From NCBI GenBank assembly GCA_051362555.1, contig CM120641.1:21080001-21144000 (forward strand): a stretch of 64,000 bases of DNA, read 5' to 3'. Origin of the DNA: Lingula anatina. Lineage: Eukaryota; Animalia; Brachiopoda. Both the position numbers and the translations under genes were made by a program. Positions 50,787 through 62,200 of this stretch are shown here, one piece after another. The notes below the pieces were generated by a model. The model was given only the letters and a program-made list of their open reading frames with translations, had not been told where the DNA came from and searched no databases. The stretch's first letter is position 1. Each line of letters starts with the position of its first letter.

Positions 50787-51774
50787 ATGCATCAGGTACG
50801 TCATTTTGCTAATTACCAAGCATATATTTATGCGAAAAGTGTTGTTTTATGTTTCTTTTTTTTTTGTCTTCGCAGATTTTGAGATGTTGTCATGATCAGT
50901 TTGTTGAAATGTTTTGAGCAGTTAAAAATAATAAGTATTAGAAATAATAAGACGAAAGGTTCACTATACTTATAATACAAAACGACATAACATATGTTAC
51001 TACTCAGTATCTCGGTATCATATATTGGGCCAATCATAGATTTACTTACTTACTAACTCACTTATTATTATTATTTATTATAATTATTTTACAAATAGAC
51101 ATTTGGAGCTCAAATGTTGAACAGTTTCAGAACTTTAAAATACTGATTTTGCAAGTTTTTTTCAGACTAAAAGATTCACGAATAATGCAATACTATATGA
51201 AACTTCAAAAAAAAAGTTGACAAAACAGGATAATCCGGTCTATCGTCTTTTAATGTTTTAGTAATTTAATTAAAATATGGTCACGTCTTCTTAAAGGCTT
51301 TTTAACAATTTATAATAATGAAATTCAAATTATATGACAAGTAGGTGTACCTTAGAACCCCACAGACAATTCTTCTTATTATTATTTCTGAAAAAGAAAA
51401 TGATAATTGTTTATTATTTTCAGATTTCCACAAGGTATCTTTTCACTGTGATAGTACTATCGGACTTATTTCTATTGACAATATGCAGGTACATACCGCT
51501 ACAACACGAATATGTTCACAAGTATGAAATTTCTAAAACGGAATCAATAGAAAATTTTGATGGGATAAACCTAGATGGGAGGCTTCAGTTTCACAGAACT
51601 GCAAGTCGGACAAAACGGTCCGAACTTCCGGAAATGGTTTGCATAATGTTGTGTGCCGCCGAATGTTCTAGGTTTTCCCAATATGACATGAAGTACTGCG
51701 AGGATAAGTGTTTCGAAATGGGATTAGACGCTTTTGCCAGTAAGGTATTGCTTTATTGTAATCGATGGAGATAG
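50787..51774 (+). CDS. Putative secreted cysteine-rich peptide precursor (119 aa) with eclosion-hormone-like cysteine spacing
   Basis: Exon 50787-50795 (ATGCATCAG|gtacgt) joins in phase 0 to exon 51424-51774 (ttattattttcag|ATT...TAG). Product MHQISTRYLFTVIVLSDLFLLTIC...RTKR|SELPEMVCIMLCAAECSRFSQYDMKYCEDKCFEMGLDAFASKVLLYCNRWR. AATAAA at 52118, 52184 and 52440. Confidence 0.65.
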
Positions 51775-54638
51775 CGGGTTCCTCACGTGGATATCTGTGA
51801 GACAGGATAGGACCGGGCCTATTGCTACACGTTATTTGATAAAACGTGCAGGATCCCACACCGACTAAAACTGATGCGATGAGCAATCCTAGATTACTTC
51901 AGACGGGAATTACGCCGAGAATCTGAAACTGCCTCAAGTTCCAATGCATCATAACATTCAGAGAATTAAACAATTTACTGTTGTCAACTATTGGGTTTGT
52001 CCGAAATAGCCAAGAACTTCTTATACTGTAAAAATTTACCTCGACAAGTGTTGACTATCAACCGCAAAGCGAACATAAAACAATGCACCGCGTTTGCTTG
52101 GTCGCACGCGTGTGCGCAATAAACAAGAATTTGTTAACTTGTGGTAAAACAACGCATTGCACGTATAATGGAAGGCTTTCAATAATAAACTGATCAGAGT
52201 TTTAGTGACTTACAGTTGACGAAGGGGTGATTATTGTAAAACATAACTTTTCTTGTAAAATGCATTTCGTTCTCATTTGCATTATATACCAACTGTGATA
52301 CACGCTCTAGAATCTCTGAGTGTATACTGAATTTAGACAGTGAAATTGAATCGTTGATGTTCATTGTATATGCAAATTATAATCATACAAAGTCTATAGT
52401 ACAAATCGAATTCATATGAGTTTGCAAGCATTCGTTTGTAATAAAAAGTATTTATGTTAACGAAACTATTTTTTTTTTTTTTTTTGTTATTTGTGTCTTT
52501 TGCTATATAGGTCTACACAGTTTAGTTTTGAGAATTCAGAATGCCTTCGCCTTATGGAAAAAAAAAGGATAGACTTAACCAAATTGTTTGTGATAATGTC
52601 TTCTGTAGGGTGTAACTATTTCTAGTTATCTAATATCTATGACTGGTGGGGGTCAGTAATCAGACCGCTATCGCCCCCACTGGTGCGTTAATAAAGAAAG
52701 TATGCGGTGGTTCACATTGCCGGTTTCTCGCTTATACTAGTCTCTGGCGTTAATTTCGCAGTTCATTACTGGTCAAATTATCTAAAGCGGTGTAAATCAA
52801 TGAAGTGGTTATCCGCTACTACGCGAATTGGGAAAAAACTAATAAATTAGTAATAGGAATTTCCCCAAATGCATCAGGTTTTGTAATCAGCAATATCTTA
52901 TCTCTAGGGCAGTGGCATCGTTTTCTACGCAAAAAGAGAATGCGTTAAACGGCCCCTTCTTCTCATAAAATATTATGAACTGATCGGACATTGAATTTCC
53001 AAACAATAAACCCCGTGTAGAGTCAAACGAATGGTATTTTTTTACCCATTCCAGACATCCGTGAACATAATCAGGAAGCGCATAAGCCTCCAACGAAATA
53101 GTTCAAGATGCGTTTGTTCATTATCTTTGTTTAAAATCATAATGGGAATTGGATTCAACATTTTTTTACTGTACACTGATAAAGTTTCATTTTTTTTTTG
53201 ACAATGAGGTAAGCGCCGTTAAAATATCCTAGTCGTGGTTTCAATTCAAAGAAATTAGTTATTCTGTGTACATTGCGTAGCGTTGAGATTTTTACAATAC
53301 ATAAAACTTCAGTTCTCGTGCAACTGAAAAAAAAAAAATAATTGTGCAAACTGTTCTGCAAATTGAAGAGAATTGATATTAGTTCAAATATTAAACATAA
53401 AGAGCAGTATCCACTCCACGGTTGGGATATAAAGCTTTGGATAATTCTATTCATCTGGAAGGATTCCTCCTATGGCATGTTATTACATTTATTGCATTCT
53501 TTCAAGGTCAACCGTGAAAGATAAATCTTTTGCAAAAGTTAAAAGCAGTTATACAAATAGAAAGATTGATAACAATGTTTTTTTATAGACGAAACAGTTT
53601 GGCATTAATTATTATCGATAATTCCAATACTGGTCAGCACAAGAAATGCACTGAAGATATCAAAAGCGATTTAAGAAATGTAAAGTATGCGGTGAAAGTG
53701 ACAAGCGGGGCGCAACCCAAAGGTTCCGGGTTCAGACCGTCGTTTTCTTATTCTTATAAACCAAATGTGACTTTCAAAGAAAAAAATATATTCCAGATCC
53801 AAGACATATTGCGCTTTTTGTTTCTCAAGATTCGAAAATAATGCACGCGCACAAAAACTAAGTTCACGGTTGAAGGAAAACATTTGCAGTCGAGGTGCGA
53901 CTGTACAGGAACAACCGAGGCGAAAAGATCTTGTTATCAAAAGTTCAACCTAGTCATATAACTCTAAATCAATTTTGTTTTTACGAGATTGATGATCACC
54001 ATAACTAATGATAAGATTGGAGTGTTAACAATTACCCACAATGATAATGCTACAATCCAATTTTGTCAAGACGCTCTGATGACAACGACGATCTGACACC
54101 GTAAAACCGGTTAAAGAAAGGATGTTCATAGACATTCGGTACTTTGTTTCATCACACAACAAAGTTTTTAAGGGGCCCTGGGCATTTTTCCAGTTTCCCA
54201 CCACGTTTATTTCGTTCCGCACTCCATTACGGGCATACAGTACTTAGTATTTAAAAAAAACGACATAAAAAGTAATGAATTTCCTCCTATAACTGTGTTT
54301 CAGTATTTAAGTTCAAAGCTTATCGATATATCACAATCACTGAAATTATATGTGGAAGAATGTCACATAAAAAACGGCAATGATTGTGGACCTAATCAGA
54401 ACGGTGAATACGAAATTAGTTACACAAATGTTCTTGGAAATAACCTCACTTTGCTTTTTGGAATAGATGCGTTCAACTTTCCTTCATGAACATGTAGCAT
54501 TCAAGAAAGATTTCCCTTACAGCTTAACTGAGTTTCCTCTGGTAAATTTTTTTCTGGTACATAAATAAAACAAAATAAAATAAAACATTCGTCATTTACG
54601 TCGGAGGCATTCTTAAACTTACTTGTTGACATGATCCT

Positions 54639-54644
54639 TTTATT
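54639..54644 (-). terminator. Candidate MBIP polyadenylation signal
   Basis: TTTATT on +, ~220 nt downstream of the MBIP stop. Confidence 0.45.
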
Positions 54645-54860
54645 TACCTAAAAATTATCAACTCGTGTAACACATACAATCTTGATATCATTACATTGTT
54701 CTTTGTTGGTCTGGTTACATATTCATTCACCGAATTGGGTTATAGAGGCAAAAACTATAACAGTATAAATTTTCTTTGACTGGTGTAACTGTGATTTTCT
54801 TGTATTCTCAATTTTGGCTATTTCATCTTCTCTGGTCTTTTTCCACCTTTTTTTTTATAG

Positions 54861-54941
54861 TTACACCTGACTGTTCACTTTTGATTGCAATTTTTCTGAA
54901 AGTTCTTTAATCCTCCTGTCAATGTCTGGTATACTCAGGTT
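54861..54941 (-). CDS. MBIP: MBIP last exon (NLSIPDIDRRIKELSEKLQSKVNSQV*)
   Basis: tattttcag|AAC ... TAA. Confidence 0.85.
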   Translation of the reverse strand, partial: NLSIPDIDRRIKELSEKLQSKVNSQV

Positions 54942-55113
54942 CTGAAAATACATAAAAATTAATTAATGTGGATAATAAAAAGAAAAATTCATGTAATAGT
55001 GAAAAAATTGATAAACGTTAGTAACTGATAGGCATAATAAATTACAAATAAATAAAATTAGAAAATGTTCTTAATTTTCTTTTTACATAACTTTTTTCTT
55101 ATTGTCAACTAGT

Positions 55114-55154
<41 letters not shown>

Positions 55155-56239
55155 GTGTGAAAGAGAGAGAGAGAAAAGAGACATCCCCTGACATTACATT
55201 TCACATGAACCCCTTATTTGGAGTAGGCAAAATAAAAAAAACCTATATATCCTATATATTTACATTTTCGAAATATATATTTACATTACCCCACCATAGT
55301 GACTTGGATTTATGCTTTATCTTATATCTCCAATCTATATGATATATGAGAAAACCTGAATAAATTTAACCTTAATTAGGCACATATTTTGCAGCTAACA
55401 ATGATCTTAACTTGTTGTAAAATTGTACATCATTTTAAAGATTTTGTGACAGTTGTTTCTTAAAATTTTTTTGACTGTTACTCAATAATCAATTTCTATT
55501 TTTCTGTATTATAATAAAAATAACAAAGTTTATTTAACCATTGTACGCATATTTTAAAATTGTTTAACAATCTCAAGTTTAAAAAAAAATGAAGTAAATT
55601 GAAATAAGGCTTGCAAAAATAAAAAGAAAAGTTAAGAGTAGTTCGTAAAAATAATATGTTTTACTATTAAATAGAGATGTTACTGTTGGATTAAAACTTG
55701 TTAAAAATCTTTCCCTTCCTCCAAAAGTTAAAATTTGCTTTAAGAAATTTAAGAAGTTCATGAGCAGTTCATTTTCAGTTTTGGAAGTCACTATTTCCAC
55801 ATAAATGCTTCTAAGGGAGGACAGATCCAACCCCAAGATTCTTTTGCATGTATTGGCAAGTCCATCTTAGTTATTAACATCATCTTCCATTGCATACAAT
55901 ATTTACTCCACTTGTGCTATCCACCACACATATTGCAATTAATTCATTAAACAAATAGCATTACATATTAAACATCAATATTAAAAAAATTCCTTATTTG
56001 AAACTTCAGAATTATTATGGTCTCTTTAGAGAAAAAGGCACCATTGGTCTACTTGCCTAGCACCAAACGGAATAAAAACACAGGTCACTTACATAGTATG
56101 TGCTTTGACTTAAAAAATATATATATAGGATAATTACTCAATCTTTTATAAGGTGGAAAATTAGGAAATTTACAGATACTGTATTTTCAGTAATAATTCC
56201 TTAAAATTAGAACACTTGTACTGAGTGGTAGCAAAAAAT

Positions 56240-56271
<32 letters not shown>

Positions 56272-59200
56272 GCAGGCTACTCTTTAGTTCTATTCTATGC
56301 AGGAGAACCAGGATTTCTATACAGAAATGTAATTTTTGTGATAATAAAATTATGTATGTTTGAAAGTTTGATAAGTTTTGTCCATTAAAAAGATTGAGAA
56401 ATATCCGTATGCTTACACACTCTCACTTGAACAACCACAAGCACCAAAGATATAATTGCTTTAATTACACCTTTATTAGGAACAAATATTTTGTGGTTGA
56501 GAATAAACTAAAATCCACAGAAAAGTTGAACATCATTTTTAAATCTTATGACATTACTTTTAAGACAGAAAAACAAACTTGGCTTGATTTAATCATCAAA
56601 CGAGTTTTTCTACTGATAGTCCATTTATATTTTTCTGTAAAAACTCATCTTGTGCTATTCCCCATGGTTTATTCTATTTCTTCCTCTCTCTAAATATATA
56701 TACATATTGGAATACAGCATGTTTTTACGAGTGACTAGCACATTCTAGAGCTTTTCTTTTTCCACATTCAAATTAGAAAAAAAATTTTTTCCATCTTATG
56801 CTCTGGGAAAAATGTACTATGACATGTAACATGATGCTGCTGAACACAATAAGATGCAATTCCATGAAACCAGGCTAGTATAAAATCCTATAATCATGAT
56901 AAATCATTTGCAAAAAGTTTCCCTTCCATTGTAGTTGACTAAATGCCACACAGTTCAACTAAGAAGTAACTTTTTTTATCAAAGGTTTTGTGTATAAATG
57001 TGGCCAACAGAAAAATTCCCAAATAGGATTGCCGAATTTTCAGCTGTGCCCTCCCTGTTTTAGTTGGGGTCTTTCTTTAGCTGATCTTGTTGGTCATCAA
57101 AGGCATTCCTATTTGTATAGTTTTGCAGAAAGATCAAGTAATTAAGAATCAGTTTATTAACTAAATTTCCAAGTGCTACCAACCTTTCCAATTATTTGTA
57201 TAGCATTTCCATAACACGAATGAAAAATCCAGATAAAAAGAATACAAAGCCCCCAACATATGGCAAAAGACAAATGTGAAACCAATAAGTTGTGTGAAAC
57301 CAATCAATTGCTAATTCTAGACCGTTTGCCACAAATATAGTCTTTTAAGTACTAAAGACAAGTTAAAATTGCTCCAAGCAGAAAGACATGGTGTTAATTA
57401 TGTTCATGCATTTTTTACCCCCATGACTGACAGTTTCATACCCCCACTAGAGGCTTTGGTCTCTGGTGTACACATGTTCACAATCTAGCCACATCCAGTC
57501 ACCATGGGGTGGAGATTAATCCTCTCAGACGCCTCCTACCACACACTGAGCATAGCATTTTTCACAAACAGACCAAACATGGACAGTGCTCTGAGCTGTT
57601 GACAGTTTAGAGGGCCAAGGCCAACTTTTTAAAAAACCCATTTGATCTTTACTAATAACTTTGTCATAATTATGACCTGAAGGCTATGTTCAACATTCAG
57701 TTCATTCCATTCAAATATATTTTTGAACTCAGTTTTAATGCCATAACTGACATACCCTATATTCAAAATTTTAAAGCTTATAATTCTACATGATGCTTCT
57801 GATGTTAATTTTATGCCAAAGAGCATATGGAAAAAAATCAAATTATGGCAACTATCTTTAAAATAAGTCCATTGTAAAATGATTGACACATTAGCATTTA
57901 CTTGGCCTTTGAATAAAATAAAGATCCATTGGCCTTTTTTTTTTTTTTGCTTCAAGTTAAATACTTTTACTTAAATATATAGATAACCTCTCTGTGACAA
58001 TCAATGGAAAAAAATATAACTTATATTATATTTTTATCTTTCACAACTATACAAACTCCTTAAATTTCAGAAAGAAAAATAAACAAAATATCTATCCTCA
58101 TATCATTTTTAATGAAGTTGGTATTTCTAAGAATAACACTAAGTTGCTATCATCACAGTATCCTAAAGTGTAGTACTATTATCTATCATATTATAATTAA
58201 AAAATGAACACTTGAAGTGAGAGAGTACCAATAAGAAAAATGTGCAGAATTTGTGTGACCCTTCCTGTGAAAACGATAGGGCCATGAAGGATAATTTGCA
58301 CTATTTACCAGATTTATTGCAAGCTTCCGAAATTCTTGTGCCAGAAGTCAACCTTTCCATCATTGACCTCATTACAACTGTTAGTTATTGCAAAGCCTTA
58401 AAAGCCATTTAACACTCTAAACTGGAGTTTTAAGGATAGCTTTTTCCATGAAAATGTTTTTCTGTGTTTGTGGAGTGTACTTCAACCGAATAATTGTGCC
58501 TATAACCTCTCCTTCTAGATGCATGACTGAAAACAAATTGGCCATTGCCTTGCACAAATCCTAATGCACTTATGAAAGAAATTAATTTAAAGCTATCACA
58601 GCAAGCTAGAATTAGAGAAACTGGAAAATTGTTTTATAAAAAAGAAATATATATATAAGCTCACCTGCCATTCACCATACATTTTCGTTCTTGGTTCATT
58701 TTCTTTTCTTCTTTTTGGCTGCTGGATCTGTGAAGGTAATTTATTTTCCATAGGGTGTTAATCTATCTACCCATTAGACTAACTCATTTTTACAACAGCA
58801 AATTACAAGACACACATGACCTTTGCAATACAGGAAGATCAAATGTTTAACTGCTTCAATAGAAAAGTCTTTAAAATGTTGTTTGAGATACTTTTCTATT
58901 ACATCAAGTTTACTTCTAAACAGAAAAGTTTAATTTACTCCACTTATATCATTTAAATGACCAAATTCATAATCCAAATTTATATTCAATGCAAAAGAAT
59001 TAAACTCACATTTTTTTGGAAATATTCTGGCGAGATACTTTCTAGATATAGAATCCTTTCTTCTAATTTTTTTAGCCTTTGGAAAACATCTGTTTGTCTT
59101 TTTCCCTCTGAAATATGGTGGAGATGTAAATATCAAACATTGAAACAACGTGGACTATTTTGCAGTTGCCTTTTGAAGAAATTATTTTGTCAAAAAGATT

Positions 59201-62200
59201 TTACAAACAAAAACTGTTACTTTACATCCAGATTTTACACCATTTTCCTTTTCACACCGGACAGTTTACTAAAAACATCATCATACAAAATACTAACCTT
59301 AATTTTTTTTGTTAGAAATATTTAAGAAAAGGCATTTAAGTCTAGGAAAGCAAATATGACCAGAAAGTTTTATTTTGAAAACAGTCTGAACACAGCCACT
59401 TATGATATTGCCATCTGATCATCATCCAGTCGGGAAGAAATGCAGCTGGTGTACACTTTTTTATATTAAAATATCCATCACAACTACTGCAATTACTTTT
59501 CAGTAGAGATCTGATTTCAGCACAAATTCACACACAATTGGAAACGCGATTCTTTGAACCCCCAATTCCTAGCTTTAGAGAAACTTTCTCTGCCCTCCCA
59601 AAAGTGAAATAACAAGGAATATGAGACAAAACTAAGTAATTTTTGTATCCCTGTGCCCGACATGTTACATTTAAATTGTCCTTGTCTACTAAACAATCAC
59701 TGTGATGTCATCTTGGTCCTCTTGGATCTTTCTGCTGCTTTCGACATGATTGACCATGATATTTTACTACAACGTTTGCAGTGCAGGTTTGGCATTACAG
59801 GAATGGCGATTGATTGGTTGAGCTCTTACTTAAAGGGAAGAACACAAAAAGTGGAAATTAATTCCCTTCTTTCTGCCCCTGAAACCCTGAAATATGGTGT
59901 TCCGCAGGGATCGGTGTTAGGCCCACTACTTTTTTCACTCTATATGGTGCCTCTTGAGGAGATCAATTCTAAGCACAATCTTCAGACCACAATTTTTGCT
60001 GATGATACTCAGATTTATGTAACTTGTGATAGTCGGTGTGATTATTCTGTAGTGTCAGACATAGAGAAATGTATTGATGAGATCCGGGTGTGGATGCTTT
60101 CAAATAAGCTGGCTCTAAATGACACTAAAACAGAAATAATCTGGTTTTCATCTAAATTTAAAGATAGAAAGGACTGTGCTACTAACACTAATGTTCGCAT
60201 TGGCAATGTGTCTGTGAAAGCATCTGTCAGTGCTAGAAATTTAGGTGTGTTTTTTGATTCAGCTGGGATCTTTGACAAGCATATAGACAATGTTTGTAAG
60301 TCGGCATCTTTTCCACTGTGGAGAATAGGGAAGATTCGGAATTTACTAAATATAGAAACAACTACAAAATTAGTTCGTGCTTTTATTACATCAAAATTAG
60401 ATTATTGCAACAGTATTCTTTTTGGGGTGAGTGACAGCAAATTGAAAAAAATCCAATTGATTCAAAATTCTGCGGCCAGATTAGTTAAAAAGATAAGGAA
60501 CCAGAGCTTGGATCATATCACTCCAGTGTTAAAGGAATTGCATTGGCTGCCAATCAAACAAAGAATTTTATTCAAAGTGTTGTGCATAATTTTTAGAGCT
60601 TTTAAAGAAAACACACCTGGTTATATTGCACATCTTATTCAGTCATCTGAACCACGCAGGTTAACAAGAAACTCTTTTGAAAACAATTTTATACTCAATC
60701 ACTGTGAAATAGACAGAAAATGCAATAAATTCTATGGAGACCGGGCTTTTACTGTTTATGCTCCAAAATTGTGGAACAAATTGCCTTTTAGTATCAGAGC
60801 TGAAAGTGACTATAATACTTTTAAAGCCTGTCTTAAAACTCATCTTTTTAAAGAATTTTATGGTTAGTGTTCCTTTAAACCTTTTAGTTGTTTATCATTT
60901 ATTAAGAGTGAGCTTGGGTTAATTTTAGTAGTATTTTAAAGTTATATCAATAAATTTTCTCTGCTTTCTTTAATTAATTAATTTTATCAGTAAATGTTAA
61001 AGTATTTTAGTATTGTTATTTTTAGACTTTTTAATTATTTGTAAAGTGCATTGAAATGTAAAAAATGGAATGCGCTATATAAGAAATAAATATTATTATT
61101 ATTATTATTATTATTAAAATCCCTGATCTCATCCCTTAGCAAAATCCTGGGTCCACCAGTGCATTCCTTGATAAACGTTTTTCACATAAAAAATACAGAA
61201 ATAGACTGCTCAACATCTAATCATCACAATAACCTCAGAATAGCACGAAAATTCTCCATATATTTTGACTGAAAAGCTTCTTACGTGTAGTTACCTGTAT
61301 ACATCTGTAGATGAGCTTCCATATTCATGAGTCTTTCATTCAGTCCATCTTCAGCCTTGAACTCAGACTTCACAGGCACTGTGCCCGAGGGTGTCAAGCT
61401 GCTGGAAAAGGGACCTCCTTCTCTGACTTCTTGTTTCAAGATAGTCTGAGGACCATAGGCATTCACTACTCTAGAAACTAGAATGTAAAATCATTTTTTG
61501 AATCATTTATATGAGAAACTGAAAAATAATAAAAATGTTTTATTTTGTTATGATAACAAAAATACAATGGAGGTCATCACATAATAATAAGAAATCAAAA
61601 ATTGAAAGGTACGTAAAATATGATTGTGACATAGCCTGTGAAATTCATGATCAATATTATCTTCCTACCTTTAACATGACTTTTCCCACTTGAGCTTGGA
61701 ATGAACACAGCATCAGTTCTTGCACAATTATTGCTGTTTTCTACGAAGAAACAACAAAATGATTAATCACAAAACTTTGAACAAGGCAGCAAAGCTGTCA
61801 AATGTACAGACAAAAAGCAGGAAATAACTATGCACAAAATAGGCTACTGTCAATTCTGATGCAAAAGTACATTATGTTAAACTGCAAATTCAACATCAAA
61901 TTTTAATTATGCTCAACAGGTAATACCAATGTAAGTAAAATGTGTAACAAGCATAAGGCTTCAGGCCCATGGCAGTTCAAGTTCACACTTCGAAAATGTA
62001 TAACTTCCAGAAAAAGAAGCCAATTAGACTGCTTTTCCAACTCAGGCTGCATTTTAGTCCAGTATTTCTTTTCTGAACGTTTGGCAATCATCAGTAACAT
62101 GGTCTTCCCATAATGGTCATCATGGCAGCAGCACCCAAAATTGTGTTTTCTTCTATTCTGATGCAATATTACATAGTGGTTAACAGCATAATGACCGTCA

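Noticed and set aside
51334-51423. N-terminal 30 aa of the listed 146-aa ORF
   Set aside because: It reads as intron sequence (AT-rich, ending in a polypyrimidine tract and CAG); the spliced start at 50787 gives a better signal peptide.
52887-53093. 68-aa minus-strand ORF in CpG-rich DNA
   Set aside because: Non-ATG start, no recognisable domain and no convincing splice partners.
53502-53510. Perfect FTZ-F1/SF-1 site TCAAGGTCA downstream of the peptide gene
   Set aside because: A single 9-mer in 64 kb is compatible with chance, and nothing else supports it.
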